Shown here piece by piece: positions 10,732-22,356 of a DNA stretch of 64,000 nt. A model generated the notes under the pieces. It was given only the letters and a program-made list of their open reading frames with translations. It did not search any database and was not told where the DNA came from. The position numbers and the translations under genes are program-made. Positions within the stretch are counted from its first letter, which is position 1; each line of letters opens with the position of its first letter. Source of the stretch: Centroscyllium fabricii (Eukaryota); assembly GCA_051313645.2 (NCBI GenBank), contig JBNRSN020000002.1:542500001-542564000 (forward strand), written 5' to 3'.

Positions 10732-12902
10732 GGCCTCGATCTCCCCTCAGCTGTGGGGAATTGGCGGGTTTCCAGCAGGTCAGGTTTCCCACACGAATCT
10801 TAAAGGGCCTGGGAGACCCACGCAATTTTGGCTCAATAGACCAATTGATTTCCAGCGTGTGGGAACCCTTGGCAAGTCAGTATTTCCAGTCAGAAAATTG
10901 CACAATATGATGTCATTGTTGCTGGTGCATTTCAGGTCCACAGCAAGCCTTGCTTCTGCTGCGGTCTGCCAACCTTGTGCCCTTTCATGCCAGAGGGACC
11001 TGGAGGCAGAATGACCATCGAGAGACCTAGGTCTGCTCCCAGGTTTGATGATGTGGCCCTGCAAGCTTTAGTTGAGGGAGCAAGAGCTCATAAAGAGGTG
11101 CTCTTCCCTTCTTCAGGGAGGAAGAAGTCTCCCCAGCAGGCCGTGTGTATCCAGCTGGCAGAGGAGGGCAACTCATTATCAGTATCCCGCAGAACCTACA
11201 TTCAGTGCAGGAAGAGATTTCATGACCTTCTGCGAACTGGAAAAGTGAGGATGGTACTCCCATCATGCTCAATCTGATCCCCAATGCCTTTCCTCACCAG
11301 CACTCAGCTTCAGCAATCTCTTCCTCCACATCCCACTTGACACTCACATCCATGCACCCTTACCCATTCCCTCTCTCTCTATGTTCACATTCACAAACTA
11401 TTCCACCATGCAGCCCTCACACTCCCTATCACTCTGATGCTTTGAACACAACTGACAACACACAGGGGGGCCAGTGGTCTTGCCACCTCACTCCATCTTT
11501 GTCTCCTAAGTATCTATGCTATAGAATCTCTACACTCACTCCTTCATTCTCACTCAACCTCCACTTGTCTCCCTCATTGCAGGAAACGAGAGCTCACAAT
11601 AAGCAAGAAAGAGTGAGGACAGGAGGAGAGCCACCCTCACTAGCCCACCTCACCCCCTTGGAGGAGGCAGTCCTGGAGATCATGGGAGTGGAGGAAGATG
11701 CGCAAGTGGGTGATGGATAAATGGGGGCATCGCAGCAAGCTGGTGACAGAATAGTTTTCCATCTCTCTCATTGACATTGCATGAGTCACTGATAATGACT
11801 CAGACAGTCTAACAGATGGACTTATGATCATCTGCAATATGCAATGTGCATGTAACCTTGGCATCACATCTCTGACTCTTTCCTTTACTCCCCCACAGGA
11901 CCATCACAGCATCCGTCCCTACTAGCCAGGAGGAAGAGCCAGAGCATCTGAACTCCTCAGAGGAATCTGCAACCTCTGAGGGTGCAGCATCAGCAGAATT
12001 CAGCACACCCAGCACCAGCGCAGCCACTCACACCTCAGGGGGACCTTCAGGCCATAGAGTAGTGTCGTCACCTGGTGTATCACAGCTCACAAGTGAGCAT
12101 CAACAGATTGTGGAGAAAGGGACAGCAGTGGAGATCCTAGTTGGAAGGCGCAGGACTCTGCCAGCTCGGCTCAGCTGCATGTCGACCCTCTGCCTCTGGG
12201 TCCATCCATAAGATCGGCGGTGCTGGAACTCCAGGAACAGATGTAGGAGTGGGTGGGTGAGCAGCAGCCTGGCGCTCCTGTTGCTGCTGCTGTTGTTCCT
12301 GGTTCTGCTGGTGCCGCGGCTGGTGTGGGAGCTCATCTAATGTCCAGAAAGGAATGAAATAAATGGCTTTCACGCTTCTGGCATATACCTCCGCTGAGGA
12401 AGCACTGAGTGAAGGTGCCGAGAGGGGTTTCCCAGGAGGTCACACTGGAGATAAGTGTGAGGCTCCAACCTTCCACAGGTGTGCTTAAGACTTCTAAACG
12501 TTGCCCCAATCCTGACATAATAAGGTCCTGCCACCTGCATATGATGGCTGATTCAATCTCATAATTTATGATGGGCTTGCAGCTGAGAATCAGCAAGCCG
12601 ATTGTGTCCCCGCCAGGTTTCACTGGCAGGGTTTCCAACTGGTGGGCTTTGTGTGGGAAAAGGCTGAAAATTGCAAGGGCCCCTTAAAATGGCATTATAG
12701 ATGCCAATTAATGATGCCTAAGGTGCCTAAGACCATTCCCACCGGTCGGGGGGTGGGACAGATTCGGGTCAACCAGACACGGCAGGGGGGAAATCGCAAT
12801 GCGTTGGGAAACCGGCAGGAGGGGTCGCGACCCTCCGGTGTTGCAATTTTGCAGCCCGACCCGCCGAAAAGCCCACCTGACGGCTCAAGGAAAATTGACC
12901 CA
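10732..12902 (+). mobile_element. Internally deleted PIF/Harbinger-like DNA transposon
   Basis: Imperfect ~20-bp TIRs; 3-bp duplication AAG; interrupts an L2 tail; carries a Myb/SANT gene typical of Harbinger. Confidence 0.7.
11011..11720 (+). pseudogene. Spliced Myb/SANT-like DNA-binding gene (Harbinger ORF; NAIF1/MSANTD-like)
   Basis: Exon 11011-11244 RSAPRFDDVALQALVE...RTYIQCRKRFHDL; phase-0 gt...ag intron 11245-11582; exon from 11583 ETRAHNKQERVRTGG...LTPLEEAVL; TAA at 11718; further acceptor at 11898. Confidence 0.8.
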
Positions 12903-12919
12903 AAGTTGTTGCTGTTGTA

Positions 12920-13390
12920 GTTGTAGTAAAATGTCCCAAGGCACTTCACAGGAACGTTATCAAACAAAATTTGACACTGAGCCATATAAGGAGATATTAG
13001 GGCAGGTGACCAAAAGCTTGGTCAAAGAGGTAGGTTTTAAGGAGCGTCTTAAAGGAGGAAAGAGAGGTAGCGAGGCGGAGAGGTTTAGGCAGGGAATTCC
13101 AGAGCTTAGGGCCTAGGCAGCTGAAGGCACGGCCACCAATGGTGGAGCGATGAAAATCAGGGGTGTTCAAGAGACCAGAATTAGAGGAGCGCAAATATCT
13201 TGGAGATTTGTGAAGCTTGAGGAGATTACAGAGATAGGGAGGGGCGAGGCCATGAAGGGATTTGAAAACAAGGATGAGAATTTTAAAATTGAGGCATTAC
13301 TTAACTAAATTGCCAATGTAAGTCAGCGAGCACAGGAATAATAGGTGAACGGGACTTGGTACGAGTCGGGACACGGGCAGCAGAGTTTTG
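12920..13390 (-). mobile_element. L2 LINE 3' fragment
   Basis: GGRAFSCLGPKLWNSLP...FKTLLKTYLF; LQNSAARV. Confidence 0.9.
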
Positions 13391-13447
13391 CAGTAATGGT
13401 GTAAATAAATGAGTTTGCATATTTGGGTTAAGACAGAGATAAACTAC

Positions 13448-13578
13448 TTTCCTCATACTATCACTTTGATTCCATGAGATGATTTCCTCTGTGCACTCAA
13501 AAATCTTAAATGTGTTCTTTATAAACAGATTTATGTTTTTGTTACATGGTGGCACATATGATAGAAAGAAAAGTTCAA
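13448..13578 (-). CDS. Candidate internal host exon
   Basis: tttag acceptor, weak gtagtt donor; open frame ELFFLSYVPPCNKNINLFIKNTFKIFECTEEIISWNQSDSMRK in AT-rich unique DNA. Confidence 0.3.
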
Positions 13579-13777
13579 CTAAATTGCATTAGCTTTTAGT
13601 GAATAACTATAAATTTATATCCCAATTCAATAAATTTCAATTTCTATGTAAACAATTGAAATAAGCATTTGTTACTTATTTACTTCAGTAACGCTCTAAG
13701 CTGTTAAATGTTCATAGTTTCTAACTCTGCCCTTATAGTACGGCCATAGACAGCCATAGAAAATCACCATTGCAAGT

Positions 13778-14296
13778 GTAGAGGCAGTTCAGAGAAGGTT
13801 CACTTGGTTGATTCTGGAGATGAGGGGGTTGACTTATGAGGAAAGGTTGATTCGGTTGGGCCTCTACTCATTGGAATTCAGAAGAGTGAGAGGCGATCTT
13901 ATCGAATCATATAGGATTGTGAGGGGGCTTGATCGGGTGGATGCGGTGAGGATGTTTCCACTGATGGGTGAGACTAGAACTAGGGGGCATAATCTGAGAA
14001 TAAGGGGCTGCCCTTTCAAAACTGAGATGAGGAGAAACTTCTTCACTCAGAGGGTAATAAATCTATGGAATTTGCTACCTCAGAGAGCTGTGGAAGCTGC
14101 AACAGTAAATAAATTTAAAACAGAGATAGATAGTTCTCTAGCTGATAAGGGAATAAGGGGTTACGGGGAGAGGGCAGGGAAGTGGACGTGAGTCTAAGTT
14201 CGGATCAACCATGATCCTATTGAATGGCGGAGCAGGCTTGAGGGGCCGTATGGCCGACTCCTGCTCCTACTTCTTATGTTCTTATGTTATGTTCTT
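13778..14296 (+). mobile_element. CR1 LINE 3' fragment
   Basis: ORF 13808-14191 YEERLIRLGLYSLEFRRVRGDLIE; tandem tail. Confidence 0.92.
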
Positions 14297-14334
14297 AAAA
14301 ACATGCTGAGAAATGAAAACAGAATAGGAAGGAA

Positions 14335-14745
14335 GAAACTTGCATTTATATAGCAACTTCCATCACCTCACGATGTCCCAAGATGATCCATGACCAATTA
14401 AGCACTTCTGAAGTGTAGTCAGTGATGTAATGTAAGAAAATATCACAGCCAATTTATGCACAAGATAAATGGCCAGATAATTAGTTTTAATGATGTAGGT
14501 TGAGGGATAAATATTAGCCCAGGCAACTCCCTGCTTTCCTTTCAATAGTGCCATGGGGTCTTTTCCATTCACCTGAGAGAAAACAGGGCTCCAGTTTAAC
14601 ATCTCATCCAAAAGACACTGAAGCACTACCCAAGTGCTCGACTGAAGTACGAGCCTAGCTTACGCACTGCAAGTCCTGAAGGGCTTGAGCCCACAGCCTT
14701 CATGGCTTGGAGACATGAGTGCTACCAACCGAGCCAATGCTGACC
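14335..14745 (-). mobile_element. Diverged Deu-domain SINE
   Basis: Degenerate match to the copies at 4660 and 20347. Confidence 0.65.
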
Positions 14746-15081
14746 CGATGTTTAAGGCTTAAAAAGGTCTTTCCATGCTTAAAGGGTTAATCAGTAACCA
14801 TGCAGCGACATTATCAAAGGTGACCCAGAATATCAAAGCGTCTAGGAGCTATTAGACAATGGGAGGTGAATATTGTATGATCTAATTATATCAGAATATG
14901 TCAAAACCTACACACTATGATATATAATGAATATATTACTATATTGAATGAGTACAAAGTGGGCCAAATATCGAAGTGTCTTGTAGCTGTTTTATTAAAA
15001 GTAGTTAGAATTGAGATACAGGATTAGTAAAGAATGGGTTGGGACATTGTTATTAGACCATAACATATATTAGACAATGTA

Positions 15082-15478
15082 ACATAGAAACATAGAAACT
15101 AGGAGCAGGAGTAGGCCATTCGGCCCTTCGAGCCTGCTCCGCCATTCAATGAGATCATGGCTGATCATCCAAACCCAGCACCCCGCCCCTGCCCTCTCCC
15201 CATATCCCTATCGAGCCTCCATCGACACACATCCCACCCTATCCCCGTAACCCCACCTATTCAATCCCCCTAACACTAAGGGTCAATTTATCCTGGCCAA
15301 TCAACCTAACCCGCACATCTTTGGACTGTGGGAGGAAACCGGAGCACCCGGAGGAAACCCACGCAGACACGGGGAGAATGTGCAAACTCCACACAGATAG
15401 TCACCCGAGGCTGGATTTGAACCCGGGTCTCCAGTGCTGTGGGACAACAGTGCTAACCACTGTGCCACCGTGCCGCCC
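15082..15478 (-). mobile_element. V-SINE (HE1-like)
   Basis: Reverse complement of the 5085-5486 family. Confidence 0.9.
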
Positions 15479-16029
15479 AGTAACATAGTACCTCAAATGG
15501 GCTTAAATTCACATATCAATGTGAAAAAGTATTCTTCCTGCATCAGTTTTATTGTTTGGACTTTATCCTTTGGCAAAAGAACATAGAACAAGGGTATCTG
15601 AGCTCCTGGGTCAAGGTACCATCCACAATGCAACTTGATGCTGAAATATGACCTGTTTGTGAGGGGCGTTGAGGTGCAGAATCCTCACTGCCTCCATGAA
15701 AGCAGCAAGATAGGAGATATATGGAGGTGGGGAGGTACATGCATTTGTTGGGACCTGAGGCAATGCAAAGACAGGTCACACCTCAGTGCCATGTTTGCGA
15801 AATCCAAGAAAGATTGGGGAGTCATTCATTTTTGGACAACTTTTTGCTTTCTTCTCAGACAAATACTTTGAATAAGAAGTTGCGTTAATTGGTGTGTTGC
15901 TGAATAAAGAGGTGTTTCTTTACACTGAGGATGGGCAACAGTTGCAAAAGGTTTCCAGGACATTGCAGAAACAGCCAGCTGCTGCAATCATAAGGCAACG
16001 AGGTTGGTCATCTGGCAAGCTGAGATAAG

Positions 16030-16325
16030 CCTCCCAAACACCTAGAAGGACAAAGGCAGCAGGCGCATGGGAACACCACCACCTGCAAGTTCCTCTCCAA
16101 GTCACACACCATCCTGACTTGGAGATATATCGCCGATCCTTCATCGTTGCTGGGTCAAAATCCTGGACGTCCCTCCCTAACAGCACTGTGGAAGTATCCT
16201 CACCACACGGACTGCAGCGGTTCAAGAAGGCAGCTCACCATCACATTCTCCAGGGCAACTAGGGATGGGCAATAAACGCTGGCCTCGCCAGCAACGACCA
16301 CATCCCAGGAACAATTTTTTTTTAA
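16030..16325 (+). mobile_element. LINE 3' end (same family as 34793 and 45060)
   Basis: GGGTCAAAATCCTGG...GCAGCTCACCA...GGGCAATAAA tail shared with the longer copies. Confidence 0.8.
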
Positions 16326-16645
16326 TGGGCTGAAGGGGCTTTTTCATCTGAACGTATAGCAGATCAAATCTTTTAGCTCCTTTTATTTTTAACTAAACAC
16401 CTAATGGGGAGATTTGCGATCTCAGAACATGCTGGGAGCACAGAAAAATTGGACTTCCTCCACCCTGATTTTCTGCCTATTAACGTTAATGAATGGAAAA
16501 TCCTGACTTGGCAGTGCTGAATTTCCTAACGTGTTTTTGGCACATGCCAGGAGTACTGAAGTGGAACTCTCCCCTTCAGTATCATAACGTACACATACAG
16601 AAGAAAGAAATGAGTGACTGTTCACATATAAAGTGCCAACGTAAT

Positions 16646-17377
16646 GGCCCGTATTTTCCGATGCCTACGGGTGGAGACGAGCTGTGTACCCACCCATTGG
16701 GCCATCGAAAATGCCGGTTTCAGACATGCAAAGCGCGTGCGCTGAAAACCAGCATTTCCGATCTGTCAAGAATCGTCTTGACAGATCCGCCGCCTGCCCT
16801 GGAGAAGGGCCTCTGCGGGGAGAGAGCTCCGCTTTCTGCAGAACCTCCGCCTGCTGAAAACCCTTCGAAATCTTATGCCTGGTAAAAGCAGCATAAGGCC
16901 TGCTTTTACCAGCATGAGAGTTTAAAAAAAAAAATGTTTTTTTAATTTTCCACTCATTTGTATTTTTAAAACACTTTGAAAAAAGGTAAATTTATTTTTA
17001 GCCCTGAAAAAACTTTAATTATTTTTTTCAAAAAGTTACATTTTTGTTTAAAATATTTAAGTTAATATAATTTTAACTCATTTAAAAAATGTGATGGTTT
17101 TTTAAAATGTACTTAATGTTTTACTATGATTTTGAGGTGATTTCCATTCATGTATTTGACGGGTCTATCTGTCAAAAGTATGAAGGGGGATTCCCTTCTC
17201 CTATTGGCTGGCCTGGCCCACGTGATCCCAGGGACACTTGCGAACTGCGCATTTCGACTGTAGATATGCCCAGGAACGGAAATGGCTGCACCTCGGGAGC
17301 CCTCAGTTAAGGGTGTAGATTTTTGCCCGATAAGAGGCCTCCGCACACAGGAAGCCTCCTGTCGGAAATGACGGGCC
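16646..17377. mobile_element. PIF/Harbinger-like non-autonomous TIR element
   Basis: TIR GGCCCGTATTTTCCGA / TCGGAAATGACGGGCC; TSD AAT; AT-rich core. Confidence 0.8.
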
Positions 17378-17609
17378 AATATCTGCGCAAGTAGGCACTC
17401 TCCAAGTTTAGTATGAATACTGCTTTAAATAAATTTATGCTGTTTATTCAAAGGACAGACTTGCTGTGCACTGATTTTTGTTTTCTGCGACTCTTTTTCA
17501 TCCATAACTTCCATAGATCTCTTCTCAGGGTTGTTTTCACTCTGATTGATGTGTCATGACATTGTTGGCATAAGCTTTGAGCACATGACCCAAACTGCAG
17601 GCTCGATCA

Positions 17610-18060
17610 GCTTCGATGGACAGGCCACATCGCCCACCTGTCCGATACGAGACTCCCAAAACAAGCGCTCTACTCAGAGCTCTGGCACGGCAAGAGAGCC
17701 CCAGGTGGGCAGAGGAAACGCTTCAAGGACACCCTCAAAGCCTCCTTGAAAAAGTGCAACATCCCCACCGACACCTGGGAATCCCTGGCCCAAGACCGCA
17801 CAAAGTGGAGGAGAAGCATCCGGGAAGGCGCCGAACACCTCGAGTCTCTTCGCCGGGAGCAAGCGGAAGCCAAGCGCAAACAGCGGAAGGAGTGCACGTC
17901 AACCCAAGCACCCCACCCACCCACCCCTTCAACCACCGTCTGCCCCACCTGTGACAGAGAATGTAGGTCCCACATTGGACTCATCAGTCACCTGAGAACT
18001 CATTTTTAATGTGGAAGCAAATCATCCTCGGTTCCGAGGGACTGCCTAAGAAGAAGAAGA
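17610..18060 (+). mobile_element. RTE-clade LINE 3' fragment
   Basis: GGQRKRFKDTLK...WESLAQDRTKWR...CPTCDRECRSHIGLISHLRTH (C2H2); (AAG)n tail. Confidence 0.9.
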
Positions 18061-18162
18061 CTGTACCCCCATTTCATTTTCAGTCATTTAAAATCGGGTT
18101 ACTCACAGGTATTGGACTAGACACAGTGATTACAATGCGAATTCTTTTTGTGATAAACCCAT

Positions 18163-18381
18163 TGTTGTAAATCACAACTCAAGAATAACTCAGGAAGTGC
18201 TACTGGATGGCCAGCTCAGGGCGCCGTCCAAGGAGTATAACTACTCGGGCGTGGGCCCAACTTGGCCAGAGTCAATCTGGAACCAGGAAGCCAGTGACTG
18301 CTAACTAGCTCTCTATGTATTGTTATAAGTCGATTAAAGCCTTGCTTTATATTCAACCAATAGTAAGCCTTTAGTACATCA
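18163..18381 (+). mobile_element. Solo LTR
   Basis: TGTTGTA...TACATCA termini; 5-bp TSD CCCAT; TATAA and ATTAAA in the expected order. Confidence 0.8.
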
Positions 18382-19006
18382 CCCATTTTCAGCTGTATTA
18401 ATCAAACTGCACCAGGTTACCAATCTTAAATGTATCAAGGATTATTTTTTAAAGCACATTTTTAAAATCAAATTACGTTTTAAAACCCTGCCCGGTTGCA
18501 CTGGTTCATGGCAGATTTTGTGATCGACAATATGCAAATTAGTTTTAGCGGAAACTCGGGGGGTAAAAAACATTTTTCAAAACAGGTGCAATTCTGAAAC
18601 TCTACCCACTTGCGTTTGCTTAGTATATTACATGATTTATATTCATTATGAAGAATGCAATCCTGACACATTTTTTGCAATGTGCTATAACATTTTAAAT
18701 AAACTCATGCCATTTCTTCCTAATAGATTTTGTCATTAAAATTAGTTTAATTGTGTTATTTCCCACTTTTCAGTCATTAAAGAAAACTATTTCAATTTAC
18801 CATGGGAATTCAAGCATGTAATCTGAAACAGTAATCTGCAAAAATTTAGACATCATAATTGTGATTTAACAATCGTTTAATAGTAATTGTGAACTTGTTA
18901 TTATTGGCTTTGAATCAAATCTGCCAAATAAGTCATCGCATTACTGCTAGGTCGTGCAATATTAAGATATGCTATTAAGCCAAATAGAATTCTAATCGAA
19001 GCAGAC

Positions 19007-19213
19007 CATCTGGGTTTTGTAATAATTCATCAAAATCATTTAGCATACAGTATTTATCTACTCTGACCAGTTGGGTTGAGGTAAGGTTTAGGCCAATTTC
19101 TGCACTAGGTTCCGAGCATTCTTGAATGCCATCAGAGTTTTCTTCTGAATTAGTCCTCGAGATTTTGAATGGCACTGGCTTGGCCACGTTGATTGTTTTT
19201 ACAACAGAGTGGC
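19007..19213 (-). CDS. Candidate internal host exon
   Basis: 207-bp open frame HSVVKTINVAKPVPFK...LNDFDELLQNPD; weak splice sites. Confidence 0.3.
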
Positions 19214-19219
19214 CTGCTA

Positions 19220-19410
19220 AATAACAACGGAAAATGCTGGAAAAACTCAGCAGTTCAGGCAACATCCGTGAAGAGAGAAATAGAGTCAACGTTTCGGGTC
19301 GGGACCCTTTATCAAGACTGAAGAAGCAAGGAAATGGAACAGATTAAAAGGCCAGTAGGGGGCTGGGAGAACAAAGGGACGAGAAGAGGCATTAATGAAG
19401 ATGAACAAGG
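19220..19410. mobile_element. Second Penelope-end-like repeat family (AACGTT hammerhead type)
   Basis: AAATGCTGGAAAAACTCAGCAG...GAGTCAACGTTTCGGGTCG; related copies at ~31470-31534, 32281-32428, 58597-58692 and 59461-59562; degenerate CTGATGA...GAAACGTT core on the minus strand. Confidence 0.6.
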
Positions 19411-19424
19411 TTGAAACACACAGA

Positions 19425-19783
19425 AACACACAAAAAGTAGGCCATTCGGCCCTTCGAGCCTGCTCCACCATTTTTTCATGAGATCATGGCTGATCATCCG
19501 TACCCAGCACCCCCCTCCTACCCTCTCCCCATATCCCCCGACACCCCCAACTCTAAGAACTATATCTCACACACATACTCATGGGCAATTTTTAGTATCT
19601 CCAATTCACCTAACCTGCATGTCTTTGGAGGGTGGGAGGCAACCGGAGCACCCAGAGGAAACCCACACGAACACGGGGAGAACATGCAAACTCCACGCAG
19701 AGAGGACCCGGGCCAAGCAGGATTCGGACCCAGGAGCTCCTTTATTGCGAGGCAACAGCGCTAACCACTGCGCCACCGTGTCG
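19425..19783 (-). mobile_element. V-SINE variant
   Basis: Same family as 43428-43783; tRNA head, V-domain, CR1 tail. Confidence 0.85.
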
Positions 19784-20346
19784 TCCGTGAAGAGCCAAAC
19801 GGAGATCAGAGTCAACCACATCGTGCGAGACTGGAGTTGTACATAGGTCAGACCAGACTGCGTAGAGTTCCTCCATTGTATGTTGCAGCTTGAATGTGTA
19901 CCCTGCTACTGGAGATGTTGCCCTGAGAAAAGAGGTTAAAGTAAGGTCCCACCTGTCTGTCTGGTGATACAGGTGGATGCTAAAGATTCCACTGCACTAT
20001 TCGTAGAGGAGCATGGAGTTCCAGGTTAGCAATCCTCCTTCAGCCAACACAACCAAAAGGTAAATGAACTGTCAATTCACCCCATTACATGTGTGTGGGA
20101 CACCTACAGAGTGTGAAACATTCGGGCATTTTCTTGTGATCAGGTGTCATATAAAATGCAAGTCTTATTATCTCTCCGAAGTCATAAAGCAACAGTTGGA
20201 TAAGGGTCTGTAAAATGACTGTTAATTACAATCAATATGTATAAACAAAACAATAGAACTGCGATTATAATCCGGTGGAACACAAAGAATAACGATGAAC
20301 CCAAGTACGTACATTTTAAATTTTTCATCAACAGGCAATTTCACTG

Positions 20347-20810
20347 AAAGAAAGACTTACATTTCTATAGCGCCTTTCACGACCACCGGGTGCCTCAAAG
20401 AGCTTTACAGCCAATGAAGTACTTTTGGAGTGTAGTCACTGTTGTAATGTGGGAAACGCAGCAGCCATTTTGCACACAGCAAGCTCCCAGAAACAGCAAT
20501 GTGATAATGACCAGATAATCAGTTTTCGTTATGTTGATTGAGGGATAAATATTGGCCAGGACACCGGGGAGAACTCCCCTACTTTTCTTCGAAATAGTGC
20601 CCTGGGATCTTTTACATCCTCCTGAAAGAGCAGACGGAGCCTCAGTTTAACACCTCATCCAAAAGACGGCACCTCCAACAGTGCAGCACTCCCTCAGTAT
20701 TACACTGGAGGGTCAGCCTAGCTTTATGTGGTCAAGTCTCTGGAGTGGGACTTGAACTCAGAACCTTCTGACGCGAAGGCGAGTGTGCGACCCACTGAGC
20801 CATGGTTGAC
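20347..20810 (-). mobile_element. Near full-length Deu-domain SINE
   Basis: tRNA-like head at the right end, Deu core, tail GAAAGAAAGACTT. Confidence 0.8.
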
Positions 20811-21048
20811 ACTGGACTGGTGATTAGGCTGAAATGCTATTAAATTAGTACATGTATCGCAATATGGACTTTTCAGCTCTGGGACTAGAACAGTCATGGA
20901 CTGCATCATGCCGCACAATGTTCCCCTCACTTGTCCTGATGATGTGCAGCAAACCCACATTGTGATTTGAAAGCATTAAACAAGCAAAAATAGCCCTGAA
21001 CAGCACTCTTACAAACATTGTCACTAACAAAAAGCCAATCTCCACATA

Positions 21049-21243
21049 ATGTGGAGGTGCCGGTGTTGGACTGGGCTAGACAAATGCAAGAAGTCACACA
21101 ACACCAGGCTATAGTCCAACAGTTTTATTTGAAATCACAAGCTTTCGGAGCGCTTTATTTCACCTGACAAAGGAGCAGCGCCCCGAAAGCTTGTGATTTC
21201 AAATAAAACTGTTGGACTACAACCTGGTGTTGTGTGACTTCTT
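21049..21243. mobile_element. Palindromic Penelope-derived insert
   Basis: Inverted arms around a hammerhead motif (21160-21196, core mutated to CTGACAA); 15-bp TSD GCCAATCTCCACATA. Confidence 0.85.
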
Positions 21244-21704
21244 GCCAATCTCCACATAGACTGTTTGCAATGCCTGTTTCTCCCATGGACCTCACATTGA
21301 GACTGACGTTATTAGAGGGAGAAAAAAGAATGGAAGCCGCCACAGTTAGGGGACAGGTTTCATATCTGTGATGAGGTAGTCAGCCTCAGATGGAGTGATT
21401 CTGGTGGCAGTGCATCGGTTTCAGTTTTGCTTTGCCATAGAAGGCTGCCAGGTTCCATACTCCTGACTGCTGTGCAGTGACCCCTGCTTGAAACATGCAT
21501 GCGAATACCAGACAATTACATCTTCAGTCGTGATGGCCTCCACAGTCAAATAGCCCAGAGCTATTCACCGTCTGGGCTCATGCATGAAAAATGGCCAATT
21601 GGAAAAGATGACCGAGTTTTTTCTGCTGGCCACTGCAATTCTCCACTGTCAGGAGAGGACTGGTAAGGGACAAGGAAAATTATCGAAGCAACTCACCCGT
21701 CTTA

Positions 21705-22200
21705 ATTTTTTTTTTATTCGTTGATGGGATGTGGGCGTCGCTGGCTGGCTAGGCCTGCATTTAGTGCCCATCCTTAATTGCCCTTGAGAAGATGGTGGTG
21801 AGCCGCCTTCTTGAACCGCTGCAGTCCATATGGTGTAGGTACACCCACAATATTGAGTAGCGGTTGTTTACAACTGAGTGGTTTGCTAGGCCATTTCAGA
21901 GGGCATTAAGAGTCAACCACATTGCTGTGGGTCTGGAGTCACATGTAGGCCAGACCAGGTAAGGACAGCAGATTTCCTTCCCTAAAGGACATGAGTGAAC
22001 CAGATGGGTTTTTGCAACAATCGACAATGGTATTATGGTCGCCATTACGAAGACTAACATTTAATTCCAGAATTAAATTGAATTGAATTTAAATTCCACC
22101 AGCTGCCGTGGTGGGATTTGAACCCATATCCTCAGAGCATTTGACTGAGTCGCTAGCTTACTCATCTAGTGACATACCCAGTACGCCACCGCCTCCCCTT
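21705..22200 (-). mobile_element. tRNA-derived SINE carrying the tail of the 34793-type LINE
   Basis: Head GGGGAGGCGGTGGCGTA...GGGTTCAAATCCCACC on minus; tail identical in type to 16030-16325; poly-A. Confidence 0.7.
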
Positions 22201-22356
22201 TAATGGTAACCAAAGAGAGAAGGGTCAATCTTGTGATGCTCTATCCCTGACTTGGAGCCTAACAGCATTTATTCTCAAGGCTCCACCAATAGGAGAGATC
22301 TGAAACCTCAACCTGATAAGTTGGGGCCAGCAAAATGATGGTAAAACTAAAGACAT

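Noticed and set aside
19007-19060. RGS-domain assignment from DFDELLQNPDG
   Set aside because: Too short, and no following RGS helices were found in the other candidate exons.
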